Origin: Cyanophora paradoxa CCMP329
Taxonomy: Eukaryota > Plantae > Glaucophyta
Direction: 5' to 3'
Length of the DNA: 64,000 bases
Assembly (NCBI GenBank): GCA_004431415.1
Contig: QPMI01000098.1
Coordinates: 116,890 to 180,889, forward strand
A program made the translations under genes and the position numbers. Below the pieces are notes generated by a model, which had not been told where the DNA came from, searched no databases, and was given only the letters and a program-made list of their open reading frames with translations. How positions within the stretch are numbered: the first letter of the stretch is position 1; every line of letters starts with the position of its first letter. Shown in pieces: positions 31,001 through 43,581 of this stretch.

Positions 31001-32782
31001 CTCAAAGGGGCTGATGCAGGCAGTGGAATGACAGGACCTCTATTTGTCCGAAGCTTGCCTCAATTCCGAGTGCAAGATGTAGCCTATGTTAACCCAGGTG
31101 ACACCTTCCCCAATATCTATGTGACAAGCTATTACAAAAACGATATTCCAAAGGATGGGTTCGGTGTTCCCTCCAATCCTGCGGGTTATCAAGACTTCTC
31201 AGCAGCTGTCCATGTAAATGTGACAGATGTCAGCAGCTTGGATGGATCAAGACCTAAGATAGTTTTCACTCGGGATAAACTCAATTATATTCCACTTGTT
31301 GGGCAACCAACTGATAATTACAGTAAAGCTGAGATCGCTTGGATTAAAACGCTATCAGGTGGGGCTATTGAAGCCAATCAGAGAATGGCGGCTAAAAACC
31401 TGCACAACGAGACCCTTTCAGGTGTGGTCACAGACGATTACCTGCAAAGCAAAAATTATATAGATGAAACCGAATTGGGTGTTGCACTTCAAACTCACAG
31501 TCATGCATGGAACAATATCACAGATAAACCTTTAACATTCCCTCCTGCAACCCATACTCATGCTTGGTCAAATATCACAGATAGACCTAATCTTGCGACT
31601 GTTGCAACGACAGGAAATTACGATGATCTGATAAATAAACCAACATACACATCTCCAATTAACTTTGATGCCACAAATGGTCTTTCCACAGATCGCACAG
31701 GTGATTGGAGATTTTTCACATTTATATCTCCTTATTCAGGAGCAAACACATGGGCTTCTGGTGATGAAGATTGTAGTGGCTACAAGATGTTATGGACTGT
31801 CCCCGCGGGAATGAAGACATGCTATATCTTCTATGTGTGTCAATACAATAGTAGATACTTTGATGTTGTAGGAGTTTATCCATCAACCAATTCCTATACT
31901 CTTTCGAGAGTAAATGCTTATTCTCCTGGTGCTGATCCGAGTGTAGAGTTTAGGCAATATGTCGGGGTGAATTGTGAAGGGCTGAGTAAAGTGGGTGTTC
32001 AAGGAAGAATAGGAAGAATTTACCTTGTGGGTCTTGTTGGTTGGAGTAAAAACCCTGCTGTATCATCACAAAGTGGCTTCTTGCATTGGGACAACATTTA
32101 CGGGAAACCAACAGCTTCCACAACTGTCGGACCTCACTCTCACACTAAATCAGATATCACCGACTTTGCCCATACTCACACAAAGGCAAATATTACAGAT
32201 TTTGCCCACACTCACACTAAATCAGAAATCACAGATTTGCCTTCTTTTGATCCATTCACAGCCAATACGATCACAGCAAATAATACTATGTATGTAGGAT
32301 CGGGTTCAATAGTAACACCTGCATCGCCTACAAATGAGGAAACTTGGTTCTTCCACAATTCAGCAAACTTTTATGATAAAACCCTACTCTGTCGCGGAAA
32401 TGCTTATGCAAGAGCATTTTATGCAATGAATGCGGGAACCACGAATACAATTAGCCAACTTCCAACTTGGTATGATATAGAAAGACGATTTAAGTCAGGA
32501 AAATTTCAAGCTTACAGTGGTGCTATAAGTGCAGGTCAGAGAACACAGCATGCACAGGTTTTGAATTGGGATCCTGCTTTTTACACTAAGACACCTGTTG
32601 TAACTGCCACACTTGAAGGAACTCCTGCAACAAACCCCGGGGATGTAGATTTTAGAATTGGAATCTCAAACTCCACATCTACCTATACAACAATTTATGT
32701 GACATTCATAGCATCCCCTACTCTATCTGAAAGCCGAAGTATCACTTGCACAATCCATTGGACAGCATATGGAGTCCCATAA
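28037..32782 (+). CDS. Large fibre / receptor-binding protein (1581 aa)
   Basis: Duplicated LamG/ConA-like domain (FIGD.AEYIIFNRALS.EE), 26-aa repeats, phage-fibre-like HTHAWSNITDRP and HTHTKSEITD repeats, H-lectin-like C-terminus (TPVVTAT...IHWTAYG). Confidence 0.8.
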   Translation: MTEPIVETTVKNAVLDNQFYITHANIPSESNDLIVNLKGYVMGAMASNLWNDLFGYEFGHIYDIANGIGYVDAMAGTAFRNLNCNCVGGWMFQICSNVDPTIDPATVTFDCNLFAPKTIFSITCNLVNSDVPIVAPIIGASNIYIQKMPVATQNFVSSNYLSLVGGTITSNLKINENLTVTSNLRIGDKYTNIDVFYNTPYYPVTSNTDPATTIPKCLLTIRPDGLPVNTNPYNQFIANRATSAVPFLSGITFPFWGSSGTVAANAALNNRKVVRKSGGYTAAAFINYSVTVDWSEGMTLFYVGSHYSLTNWQTIHLDFGSPDGTHKIAFGYGSSLSFGLYSFTSNGVSYPAPRVNTNYASHSANYWDTTITSNAITFGIGGQDVGTFTGTNYLPPSTFNRMGVDYFIGDVAEYIIFNRALSFEEKQRVRYYIQDYYGFPKTQSLYYPDNLRIAADYVHIENIIVSSNATIPNYTTSNVVQGWLAPKADTVTVNAQIAPLTSSNTVQGWLATKADTATVNAQIAPLTSSNTVQGWLVSKVSAATLNELLAPLTSSNVTLGWLNNYLPKSGGTIDGNLIITSNLTTSNLDVHGTVKSINSSNTGSAWIGSNLTVTCNLNVKGKLKIGDGNTEIDVYYDPPYYPITSNTDPAKTTPKCLLTMRMDGLPVNTNPQSQFIPNRATSAVPFISGITFPFFGSSGAVVANPSFNNQKVVRKSGGYTASAFINYSVTVDWSEGMTLFYVGSHYSAPNWQTVHLDFASPDGTHKIEFGYTNSLLFGLYSFTSNGVGYTAPRVNTNYASHSANYWDTTITSNSITFGIRGQDVGTFTGTNYLPPSTFSRMGVNYFIGDIAEYIIFNRALSFEEKQRVRYYIQDYYGFPKTQSLYYPENLRIASDYVQIKNLIVGSNAIIPNYTTSNVVQGWIQNHTHAWSNITDRPSIFPPATHEHTWDEINNQPEFSKVEPVNMGVSLYKSCNIAERTILNEHYVHLKGADAGSGMTGPLFVRSLPQFRVQDVAYVNPGDTFPNIYVTSYYKNDIPKDGFGVPSNPAGYQDFSAAVHVNVTDVSSLDGSRPKIVFTRDKLNYIPLVGQPTDNYSKAEIAWIKTLSGGAIEANQRMAAKNLHNETLSGVVTDDYLQSKNYIDETELGVALQTHSHAWNNITDKPLTFPPATHTHAWSNITDRPNLATVATTGNYDDLINKPTYTSPINFDATNGLSTDRTGDWRFFTFISPYSGANTWASGDEDCSGYKMLWTVPAGMKTCYIFYVCQYNSRYFDVVGVYPSTNSYTLSRVNAYSPGADPSVEFRQYVGVNCEGLSKVGVQGRIGRIYLVGLVGWSKNPAVSSQSGFLHWDNIYGKPTASTTVGPHSHTKSDITDFAHTHTKANITDFAHTHTKSEITDLPSFDPFTANTITANNTMYVGSGSIVTPASPTNEETWFFHNSANFYDKTLLCRGNAYARAFYAMNAGTTNTISQLPTWYDIERRFKSGKFQAYSGAISAGQRTQHAQVLNWDPAFYTKTPVVTATLEGTPATNPGDVDFRIGISNSTSTYTTIYVTFIASPTLSESRSITCTIHWTAYGVP

Positions 32783-32798
32783 CTCATGCATTAAAAAG

Positions 32799-34273
32799 GC
32801 ATGTATCTTGCATAGTGGGCGGGGCGCACTGTTTCACACTAAGGTCAATCGATTTTCATAGAGTCTCAGACTGATAACAATAAGATAAATAATAAACTAC
32901 TTTATAATTAATTAAAACTACTTTAAACTACTCAACTACCTATGTTAAACTACGCAACTTAATACCGCAAACTACGCATTTAATACCAAAACTACGCAAC
33001 TACGCAAGTTTTTCACTTCTCTAATTTTTTTCCCCCCCTACTCTCAAATTTTTTCAGAAAGTTGCGTAGTTGCGTAGTTTTGGTATTAAATGCGTAGTTT
33101 TCGGTATTAAAAGCGATCAGATTGCGTAGTTTTCATGCGTAGTTACGTTAAATTGCGTAGTCTCCGATTGCCCGCATGCTTCTCAGTGCGAGACTATTGT
33201 GTAGCCTATAAAACTGTTGTGTTTCAGTGCGAAACGATTGCGTAGCTTCCCTTTGTAGCATGCCGGCGCTCTTTTCAGTAGAGAAAGCATGGTATATATC
33301 ATAGAATCATATTGATATTAATAAGAAACAACTTTATAATATATAAACTACTTTAAACTACTCAACTTTCCCTGAAAAACTACGCAATTCGAAACCAAAA
33401 CTACGCAAATGAAACCAAAACTACGCAACTACGCAAGTTTTACACTTTTCTAAATTTTTCCCGCCCCGAATTTCAAACGTTTTCAAAAAGTTGCGTAGTT
33501 GCGTAGTTTTGGTATCTTTTCAGTAGTTCCCGGTATTAAATTGCGTAGTTTCTTTGAGTAGTTGCGATAGATTGCGTAGTTTCCTATGAGTAGCCGATCG
33601 ATCTCGATGCGAAACTCATACATTTACGTTGCGCACAGTCCGCCGCACAGTGCGCCGCACACTCTCGATGCGCGCGACATGTTTCATACAGCACATGATA
33701 ATTGTTTACGTTGTTACAGGTGTTACAGGTCTTGCCCAAACTCGGGAACCAAGACCCCCTCCTAGGGCAAAGTTTGGGATGAACCTGTAACACCTGTAAC
33801 ACTGAATAAGACCAATTAAAATACAAAACAATCAATCATAATATATCATAGATCTACTTTGTTTTATAGAGAGCCGCATGCAGAACGTTCCATGCAGCTC
33901 ATGGTAGTTGTTTATGATGAAACGGCGCGTGATCGTCGCTTTTATATTGAAAATTCAGAACAAACACACATATACAACTCCCGGCTTTTAGACTGAGGCA
34001 AGTTATAATTAAACTAAGTTGAGTCACACCTCTAATATAATAAAACTCACGAGATATATAAGTCTACTCATCGAGAATATACATAAAGATCAAAGAAACT
34101 ATACATATTTCACATATTTTATTAAAAAGAAGCTATAACCCACGATAAAATAAATACAAATCACCGATAAAACACACACATATTCACGATAGATATATTA
34201 TAAATACAGGTTATATACTAACGAGATCAATTTAAATAAGCCGAGGTCTAAAAGCCGGGAGTTGTATATGTGT
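32799..34273 (-). repeat. Right terminal inverted repeat (1475 bp)
   Basis: Reverse complement of 6433-7908. Confidence 0.95.
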
Positions 34274-34390
34274 CGCATCTCGGACCCATCCTACGCGCCC
34301 TGCGGCGGCGTGAAGGTTCGCGAAGGCTGCACCTCAATACGGCAAGGAAACACGTTCCGCCATGATTATGATGATGATGATGATCAATAA
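34274..34390 (+). CDS. Severed 3' end of the host RING/beta-helix gene (begins with the right TSD CGCATC)
   Basis: Joined across the TSD it reads GNTIERI-SDPSYAPCGGVKVREGCTSIRQGNTFRHDYDDDDDQ*, in frame. Confidence 0.8.
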   Translation, partial: RISDPSYAPCGGVKVREGCTSIRQGNTFRHDYDDDDDQ

Positions 34391-34496
34391 CTCTCGCCGA
34401 ACGATCGTTTTGCGTGCTTGTGTATTGAAATAGAAGTTTCAAAGTGCGCGCCCCTGGGCCCGTGCTGCTTCTCGCACAATGGAATCCGGATCCGCG

Positions 34497-36404
34497 CTAG
34501 GCTTAGCTTTAGGGGTGCGCCTCGCGGTCGCGATCGCCGGGGAGCAGCCAGTCGAGGATGAGGCGCCGGGCCAGCGACGCCCTCCCCGGGATCGCGAACC
34601 TGTCCCCACGTCGACGCGTCAGCTGCAGGCGCGTCGCGTGCTGCTAGGCCATGGGGGCCAGCGGAGGCGTGGTCGCACCGGTCGAGGTCGGGGTGGTCGC
34701 CGGCCCACTCGCCATCGGCCTCGGGGTCCGAGTCCGGAGGGAAGCGGTCGGGCAGCACCCGGGAGAGCAGCCTGCGAGGGGCGTGGGGGGCGAGGGAAAG
34801 GGAGGGGGGAAGGGGGAGGGAGGGAGGGAAGAAAGTGAGAGAAGGTCAAGATCCTCTTCGGATCCAAGCCCGGGGCGAGGAGGGGGAGGAGGGGAGGAGG
34901 GGGGCCAGGAGGGCACCAGCGCCTGTGGAACCACCGGACGTCCTCCATCTCCTCCTCGTCCACCTCCGTCCTCAGCGCGTCTGCGGGGGTACAGGTCAAT
35001 CGAAACGCCGCGGGGGCGGGCCGAGAGGATCGACGATCGCGTACCCCTGCCCTCGAAGGGCACCTCGGCGTAGAAGCCGACCATGAGGGAAGCCGGGAAT
35101 GGCCAGGGCTGCGGGTTGCGCGCAGAGTGAGAAGCTTGCAATTGGCCGGGGGTACGGCCTCCCAAGGGATAGGGGGTACGGGCTCGCCTGCGAAGAGTGG
35201 TAGCGAACGGTGCTGGGGCACACGCGCACGCCCGCCTCCTCCAGCGTCTAGAAGCGGCGGGGTACGAAATTAACGGGGGTACGAGACGACGTGAGAGGGT
35301 GCGGCCGCAGTACCCACCTCGCGGGCCACCGCCTCCTCGAACGTCTCGCCTGCGCCGCGCAGCTGTGAGTGGCGCGGCGCGAACGGTGTACCCTCCCGCC
35401 GCAGAAACGGCGTACCCGGCTCCATGAAGCCGGCGAGGGTGCTGTAGCGCTGGGGGGCCCACGCGGCCTTGCGCCCGAGGAGGCAGTACTCCCCGCTCGT
35501 CACCAGCATGATCACCTGGGCCGCCCGCTCGCGGAACGGGGGGTACAGGACCAGGAGAGGTCGGGGCGCACGGCGGGGTCAGTGCGGGGGAACTCCTTGG
35601 CGCCGCAGGCGGCGTCAGTGCACTGCCGCATGAAGCCCAGCTCTTTCATCGCCGCCGGCGCCCCGCACCGGCTGCGCGGATCCGGAGGGCGTCAAGCCGG
35701 CCCGCCGGCGCCGGGCAGGCCCGGAGGGACCTGCAGTGGCGGCTGCGGCGGGCCCAGGCGACGATGCCCGTGGCGTAGGCGAGCGCCGCCGCGTCGTCGT
35801 CGTCCGCCAGCATCGGACCGACGCTCCGCAGGCCCGCGAAGCGCGCCTCCCGCTCCTCCTTCAGCGCCACGTGGTCCTGGCCCCGAGTCAGCTAATTATA
35901 TAAGGGCGGGAAAAGCTCACGCTAAGAGGGCGGGGCACCGGGTCGCGGGAGGCGCGGGGCTCCGGGGGCGGGAACGGGGGCGGCAGCCCCGCCGCCTGGA
36001 AGTCGACGGCGAGGAGCGGCTCGCCGCTCCGGCGCTCGATCCCGAGGAAGAAGACGGAGGCGTCCTCGGCGAGCGGGTCCACGCCCCGCAGCGCCTCGCT
36101 GCCGCCCGGCAGCAGGATCGGCTCCGCCGCGCGCTCCGAGGCCGAGGGTCCCAGCACCGCTACCGCCTCGCCCCACATGGGCAGCACGCGCGTCCGCTCG
36201 CTCCGGAAGGCCCGCCGCGCCCACTCGCGGTCCGTCCGCAGGTGCGCCGCCCGCTCCAGCGGCGACCCCGAGTAGAAGTTGCGCGCAGCGCGTACCTGCG
36301 CGCTCGCGAGTGAGCGCTAGCGATCGGCACGCGAGCACGCGTACGGCCCGGCGGCAGCTGCCGCGGCCGGTTCGCCAGCGGCGCGGGGCGCCTCGATATG
36401 CGCA
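34497..36404 (-). CDS. Host NADH pyrophosphatase NudC/NUDT12-like Nudix hydrolase (multi-exon, ends approximate)
   Basis: VIMLV..CLLGR..YSTLAGFMEP|GETFEEAVAREV Nudix box, QPWPFPASLMVGF, VDEEEMEDVRWF, Zn-ribbon cysteines. Confidence 0.88.
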
Positions 36405-36667
36405 TGCACCTTGCGCGATGAAGATGCCTCCGATCCGCCTGTTGCTTGCTGCCCCGCCGCGTCCGCGCGGGCCCCGCCGGCCTCACACACGGGTCCAAGC
36501 GTCGCACTCGAGCGGCTATTGCGCTGGCGCGGAATCGCGTGCTGTACGAGACTTTTCACGGCAGGACCGATCGATGCGCGCTGCCGCAGCCCGCCCAGGG
36601 GCGGCGGCGCTGCCGAGAACGCGTGCTTCATCCTTTAATTTGGGGGATACGTGCACGGATCGAACTG

Positions 36668-37881
36668 ATGTCGGGCCACGGGCACGGGCACGGCCACGGC
36701 GGGCACCACGGCCATCACGGCCACGGCCACGGCAACCACGGAGACGGGCACGCGCACCACCACCACCACCACGGAGCGGACGTCGACCCGACGCGCTGGT
36801 GCCATCCCGCCGCTCGTGGAGGCGGCGCGCGCTCTCCTGAGCGCGTACGTGTGCCAGGGATGACCCGGAGAAGGCCGCGAAGATGCTCGAAGCGGTGCGC
36901 GCCTCTCTCGCCCCAGCTGCATGACGCACAGGGCGGCCGATCGGGGCTCCCGGGGCGCGGCCGCCTGAAGCGCTCGCGCAGGAGAACAGGCAGGACTGGC
37001 AGAAGCCCGAGGAGATCATCCAGCGCCTCGGCGTGAAGGCGACCGACGTCGTGGCGGACGTCGGTGCCGTGCGCCCGCCGCCCGCCGCGGGGCGCGCGCT
37101 CTCCGCGCCTCTGAGCGCCCTCTCTTTCAGGGGACGGGCTTCCTCTCCTCGCGGCTCGCGCGGCACGCCGCGGCGGTCTTCGCGTGCGACCCGGAGCCGA
37201 ACATGGTCGAGTTCCTGCGGAAGCGCTTCGAGAGGGAGGGCCTGGGGAACGCGCGGCCCGTCCTCGCCTCCAAAGACGACGCGGCGCTCCCCGAGCGATG
37301 CGACCTCGTGAGCCTTTCTTTTCCTTTCCTTTTTCCTTCATATCCACTCTCTTCCTTCCTTTTCCCTTCCCCGCAGATCGTGAGCGTGAACGTGTACCAC
37401 CACATCTTCCAGCGCGAGCGCTACTTCACGGGCCTGCGCGAAAAGTGCGCGCGCGTACCCCCTCCCCCTCGAATTCTTCGACCGACCTGTACCCCCCGCG
37501 AAGGTACCTCAAGCCGGGCGGCCGCCTCGCCATCGTCGACTTCAAGAAGGGCGAGTGGCCGTGCGTTCCGTCCCGTACCCCCCCTCCATCCCCCTCCATC
37601 CCCCCCTTCCCCCCCTCCTCCCCCTGCCTCACCTGAGCGCAGGATCGGGCACCCGCCGCAGCACATGCTGGTGGAGGCCGACGCGATCGCCGCCGAGCTC
37701 TCCGCCGCCGGCCTCCGCCTCCTCGTGCGCCCTGCCTTGCATGCCGCCCCCGCCCTCCCCGAGGCGTCCTTAAGCCGGCGCCTGCTGATGCATATGGGCC
37801 CCGGGCCCGGGACGGCAGGAGCGGGCCCCAGAGGACTTCATGCCCTACCACTTCCTCCTCGTCTTCGGCTGCTATATCTAG
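36668..37881 (+). CDS. Host class I SAM-dependent methyltransferase with His/Gly-rich N-terminus (multi-exon)
   Basis: MSGHGHGHG..; WQKPEEII..LG....VADVGA|GTGF; VFACD; VNVYHHI; LKPGGRLAIVDF; PYHFLLVF. Confidence 0.85.
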
Positions 37882-38158
37882 CGCCAGCGCTGCGGGGGGC
37901 CGCGCCTCAGCGGCGCGTTTTGCATGCTAGCGCTGTTAATGGATCTTTACAGAATACGAAACTGCTAAGAAGGCCTGGGGGTGCATGCGTCACGGCGGCG
38001 TCGCGAGCTCGGGATGGCTGTTTGCTTCCAGACCCCGCGCCAGACGTCGCGCCCCCTCGTCTGAGTAATCGATATCGGTAGTTGAATTACTGCCTGCCTG
38101 CGCTACGCTAGAGCTAGATAGAGATAGGGACCGGAGAGGCCGCGGCCGGGTGCGGTGG

Positions 38159-41100
38159 CTACGCGGCGGCGCCGGCGAGGAGGCTGTCGGCGGCGGAGGC
38201 AGGCCCGCCCTCCGCCGCCTCCGCCTCGTCCCCGGCGCCGCCCTCCCACTCCGCCGCCGCCGAGTCGTCCCAGAAGGGCTCCTGCGCGTACCCCTCCTCC
38301 GCCTCCTCCCCCTCCTGCGCCTCCTGCGCCTCCTCGTCCCGCGCCCGCTCCGGCTCGGACGCGCCCCGCTCCTGCGGGGCGAGGCGGGGCACCGTGAGGC
38401 GCGCGCGGCGGGGCGGGGGGAGGCGGTCTAGGGCCCCCTCGCGCACCCTGCTTAGGGCCTCCCGCAGGACGGCCAGGGCGTCCGCCCGCGGCGTCTCCGG
38501 CATGGGCGCCGGCTCCAGCTCCCGGCTAGGCGCCGGCTCGGGCTCCGGCATCGGCTCGGGCTCCGGCTCGGGCCACGCGGGGCCGGGGCCCCGAGGGATG
38601 CCGTGCAGGGGTACCGCGCCAACCACCCGGCCGCCCTCCACGATGAAGAGCTGCGAGTACCCCGCCTGGCGCATCTGCCGGGGTACGCGTCGGCAAAGGG
38701 GTACAGGGATGGGAAGGAGGTGCCGATCGCCGGGGGGGGTACGCGGACCTCGCGCATCGCGTCCTCGAGGAGGACGTCCCCCGCCGGCTCCTCCGGGTCC
38801 TCCCCGTACGCGCTCGGGTACGGGGGGTACGGCGTGAACGGGTCCGACGCGTCGGGGTACGCCGGCTCGGGCTCGGGCTCGGGCTCGGGTAGTACCTCGC
38901 CGTCCTCGCCTTGGAGCTGCGCGGGTAGGGCGGGGCGGGGCGCGTGAGCGGGCGCGCCAACAAACTCAAAGCGACGAGCTCGAGGCGGGGCGGGGCGGGG
39001 CGGGGCGGGGCGCACCGGGGGCTCGGGGTGCGAGGGCGGGGGCGCCTCCGGGAAGAAGTAGGGCGCGGCTGGCGGCCCGGCCTCGGCCTCGGGCTCGGGC
39101 TCGGGGGCGGCCGGCGGCTCGGGGCGGGGCCCTCGTCCTGCCACACCCAGCGGCCCTGCCGCCCCGCAGGCGCCGCCGGCGGCGGAGGAGGCGGCGGGGC
39201 GTCGAGGGGCGCGCCCCGCGGGGCCGCCCAGGGCGCCGGCTCCTCGGCCGGCGAAGGCTGAGGCTGAGCCTCCGGCGGGGCGGCCCCGCGAAGAACTCGA
39301 GGACGGCCGCGAGGGCCGCCTCCGCCCCCGCCCCCGCCTCCGCCTCGGGCTCGGGCTCGGGCTCGGGCTCGGCCGGCGGAGGCGGCTCGGGGCCCAGCGC
39401 CGGTCCCTCCGGCTCGTAGTAGGGGGGAGGAGGCTCGGGGCCCATTACGGGCGCCGGCTCCGGCTCCGACTCCGGTTCCGACTCCGGCGCCGGCTGCTGC
39501 TGCTGTTGCTGCTGCTGCTGCTCGGGGGCGGCGGGGCCCCCGTGCAGGATGTCGTGCACGATGGCGGCGATGTCGACGTCGCGCCCCGTCGCCTCGGGGC
39601 CCGCCGCCGCCGCCGCCGCCGCCGCCTCCGCCACCCGCTGCGGCGCCTCCGGCCGCGCCTCCGTGACCACCGGCGCCTCCCCCCCGGGCCCCGCCCGAGG
39701 CTCGGGCTGGAGCTCGGGCTCGGGCTGGGGCTCGGGCTGGGGCTCCGGGCCGGGCGCGAGGAGGGAGGCGGCGCCGCCGAAGAGGCTGGCGAGAATGGCC
39801 TCCACGCCGGAGGGCTCCCCCCCCGCCCCCGCCCCCTCGGGCTGCGGCTCCGGCTGGGGCTCGGGCTGGGGCTGGGGCTGGGGCTCCGGGGCGGGCTGGA
39901 TGGGTGGGGCGGCGCCGCCAAAGAGGCTGGCGAGAATGGCCTCCACGCCGGAGGGCTCCCGCCCCGCCCCCGCCCCCTCGGGCTGCGGCTCCGGCTGCGG
40001 CTCGGGCTGGGGCTGGGGCTGGGGCTCCGGGGCGGGCTGGATGGGGGGGGCCGCGCCGCCGAAGAGGCTGGCGAGAATGGCCTCCACGCCCGAGGGCTCC
40101 CGCCCCGCCTCCCCCTGCGGCTCGGGCTGCGGCCCGGGCTCCGTGGGGCGGAAGGTCGTCCCCTGCGCCGGCGTCCCCTCCGCGGCAGCAGCCGGCTGCG
40201 CCTCGGCGGGGCCCTCCCCGCACCCGATCGGCACCACCTCCGGCGCCGCCTCCGCCGGGGGCGGCGCAGGCTCTGCGGGCGCAGGCTCCGCCGGCGGCGC
40301 CTCGGCGGGCGGCGCAGCCTCCGGCGCCGCGACCGGTGCCTCGGCGGCCTCCTCGCCCAGGGCGGGGTCGGCCGGGGCCGGGGCCGGGGCCTCGAAACCC
40401 GCCCGTCGAACGGGAGGGCGGCGGCGTCGGCCGGGGCGGCCTCCGCTGCGCCCGTCGTGGGCGGCGGGGGCCACTGCGGCGCCCCCACGTCCGCCGGCTC
40501 CGTCGCCGGCTGCACCACGGGCCCCGCCTCCGCCTCCGCCGGCGCCGGCGCCGCCTCCTCCCCGAACGGCACGCCGTCCGCAGGCGCCTCCGCGGGCGCC
40601 GCCTCTGGAGCGGCCTCCGGTGCAGGTTCGGGGGCCGGTTCAGGCGCAGGTTCGGGGGCCGGTTCGGGGCCGGCTCGGGCGCCGGTTCGGGCGCGGGCTC
40701 CGGGGCGGGCTCGGGGGCGCCTGCGCCGTCGGCCGGGGCGCCCTCGGCGGCGGGGGCGTCTCGGGCTCGGGGCCGAGGCGCCCTCGGCGGCGGCGGCGGC
40801 CGCGGCGGCGGGGTCGGCGGCCGGCTCGCGGCCGGGCGGGGGCGGCGGGGGCGCCCGCACGTACGCCGCGATCTCCTCCACCGCCCGCGCCACTGCGAAA
40901 CGAACGAAACACAGCGCCGCGTCAGTCAGCGTCGCACGCAACGCCGCAGAGTAAAGGCGGCCGGGGCGCACCGTCGGCGTCGGGGTGGCCGCCGAGCTGC
41001 TCGACGAGGGTGTCGACGAGGACGTCCCCGCGGTCCGCCAGCCCCAGCGCCGTCGCCCCCTCCGACAGCTCCTCGAACGCCTGCCCGCGGCTCGGTTAGG

Positions 41101-43086
41101 AGGCTTCTTTGGCTTGGTTCAGAAGGCGCGCGCGCCTTGGCGACGTGCTGGTCCCATGCGGAGCGTAGGGATCCGAAGGCGGCGTCGCGCTCGGCGTCGC
41201 CGACGGCGAGCAGCTGCTTGCCCATCTCCGCCGTCGCCTTGGAGAGCAGCGCCTCCCGCAGCTCCGAGACCGCCGCCGCGCGCCCCTCGCCGTCCCCGTT
41301 CCGGTGCCGCTCCACCGCCGCGAAGGCCGCCTGCCGCGCGCTCGGCGCGGGCCGGGCCGGAGGGCCGGAGGGGCGGGAGGGGCGCACGGCGGCGATGCGG
41401 TCCTCGAAGGGACGGTAGGCCTCCGCCCCCGAGCGCTCGAACCAGTCCGGGTCCTGCCAGGCGCTCGCCGGATGCGGGGGCGGGCGTCCGGGGCGGGGCC
41501 CGGCTGACTGACCTGGCCGACGAGGCCCGGGATGGGCTCGCCCCCGATGGGCGGGCTGACGGCGTCGGCGAGGGCGTCGATGGCGCGCAGGTGCTCCTCC
41601 GAGGGCGCCTCGGGCGAGGCCGGCGCCCGCGCCAGCGCCTCGCACAGCGCCGAGAAGGCCCCCGCCGCCTCAGACGGCGCCCCGTCCGACTCCCGCAGGA
41701 ACGCCTGCCGCGCCGCGCCGGCCAAATCAAACCAAAATCTCTCAAGATCTCGTGGAAATCAAATGAAAGACCTCCTTGAGGACGAGGCGGACGCGCTGGT
41801 CGAAGAAGAGGGCGGGGCGGAGGGCGGCGGCGCGCGGGTCGACGTCCACGCCGGCCTCGGCCTCGCCCATGCTCGCCACCCGCGCCTCCAGCAGCGCCCG
41901 CAGACGGTCCAGCGCCCCGCTCATCGGCTGCGGCCCGGCGCCACGCTCGCTCAGCCGGCCGGGCCCCGCTAACAGGGCCGCAGGAGGGCGGACCGCGAGG
42001 GACTGGAGGGACTCCTCGACTGTCGTGACGCGGTAATCGTGCGCCGCGTCCTCCGCATCGTCGATCGCCTGAGTCCAGAAACAGCGCGTCAGTTGGTTAG
42101 GCGGGTGGGGCGGGTGGGGGAGGGAGGGAGGGGCCGGGGCGCGCCCTGGCGACGAGGGCGTCCTGGAGGGCCTGGCCGGAGGCGGGGAGGGCGTCCCAGG
42201 TGCCCATCAGCAGCGAGGGCGCCACGCGCGCCGCCAGCGACGACACCGCCGACGCCAGCTCCACTGCCGCCACGTCGGCCGCGCCGAGAGGGGCGGGCGG
42301 GGGCGGGGGCCGGCGGACCGCTGTTGGAGGGCTCGAGGAGCTCGAGGGGCTTGCTGGGGTCCAGCGTGGCCTGCGAGAGGCGCGCGCACGCCGACGCGAA
42401 GCGGTTGACCGCCTCCTGCGCCTGCGCCTGCGCCCGCGCCTGCCCCGCGTCCTCGTGCGGCTCGTGCGCCATCTGCAGCAGGATCTGCGCGCGCCCCGGA
42501 GTCGAATTCGAATTCAAAAGATTCGATCCGCGGCACGGGGGGAAGGGAGACGGCGGCCGGGGCGGACCTTGACGACGAGGGGCTTGGCCTGCTCCCAGTA
42601 CTTGATGGTCGGGATCGGCGCCGCCGGCTTGTCCGAGCGCTGCAGCGCCTCTAGCTCGCAGTACTTCGCCTGCGGGTGCGGCGGCCGTCGGCCGGCGCGG
42701 CGCGGCGGGGCGGGGCGCTCCTGCGGGGCGCGCACCGCGAGCGCGGTCACTGCGAGGTCCACGGAGCTCGCGCCCGCCACCTCCGCCGCGTAGACCACAT
42801 CCGACACAGCCTGCGCGAAGGAAAGGTCGGCGCGTCGTCGCCGGCGGGTCCTAGGCGGGGCCCAGCCGGCACAGGCGGGTCGCAGAGCGCCCCCGACCGA
42901 GCGCCCCTCATGGGCCGTGCCTAGGCGACCCGGAAACTTGAATTCTAGTACTCTGTCCGCGAGCTGTGCACTGTAGCCCGTCCGGACAGAGCCGAAGGGC
43001 CCGTCCGGCCGAAGGGCTCCTAGAGACCCCGTGACCGGAGCGGCGAACCTGCTTCAACTCGCCGAGCTTTGCTGCTTGTTCATCGT
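38159..43086 (-). CDS. Host large Pro/Glu/Ala-rich protein of unknown function (multi-exon, approximate)
   Basis: Chain of coherent minus-strand exons; PEPQPE tracts; three copies of EPSGVEAILASLFGGAA. Confidence 0.55.
39690..40125 (-). repeat. Three ~130-140-bp coding tandem repeats
   Basis: GCGCCGCC.AAGAGGCTGGCGAGAATGGCCTCCACGCC at about 39771, 39912 and 40053. Confidence 0.85.
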
Positions 43087-43581
43087 ATGTCAAGGCATCC
43101 CAGGCGCTCTTGGGCTCGCTGGGAGTCCCGCCGTCGTCCTGCGCGGCATGTCAGCAACGAGCGAGGCAGCTCCACGCGACATGCCCGCTCGCAAAGAATC
43201 GCACCGCCATTGCGGCCGCGGCCGAGGTTCCTCCGCTACTGCGAGGCGATTGCCGAGTGGGCGGGCTCCTAGCTTCGGGGTAGTCCGTCCAGCGAAAGGC
43301 TTCGTTCGCAGTTGGCAGCGCGGCCGTTTTTCTGCGCCGGCCGCGTTTTCCCCAGCGCCCCGAGCGTTTGCTCCAGCGCACCGAGCGAACCGGAGAACGC
43401 GGACAGACCGGCGGCCGGGCGCCGGATCACGGACACCGATTCGCGCCACCTCAGTTCGATATCTTAGGCTGCGCAGGCTGCCAGGCTGCAGCCTGCACAA
43501 AAGCACTCGTTATCCGCCGCTGGCTCCAGCTATATGATCAGCTGCTTGCGGTAGCGTTCTCGAGGCGCCTTTATCCAATCC

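Larger units (their letters stand above)
6433..34273. mobile_element. Complete endogenous Polinton-like virus / Maverick-Polinton (element 1), 27,841 bp
   Basis: TIRs, 6-bp TSD, sharp GC drop, and intronless dense genes for integrase, pPolB, D5 helicase, A32 ATPase, capsid proteins and fibres. Confidence 0.96.

Noticed and set aside
6433-34273. Bacterial prophage, contamination, or a canonical virophage (Lavidaviridae)
   Set aside because: A clean TSD inside a spliced eukaryotic gene shows real integration. No maturation cysteine protease was recognised, and the 482-aa MCP and pentons look PLV-like. Formal classification needs an MCP HMM search or phylogeny.
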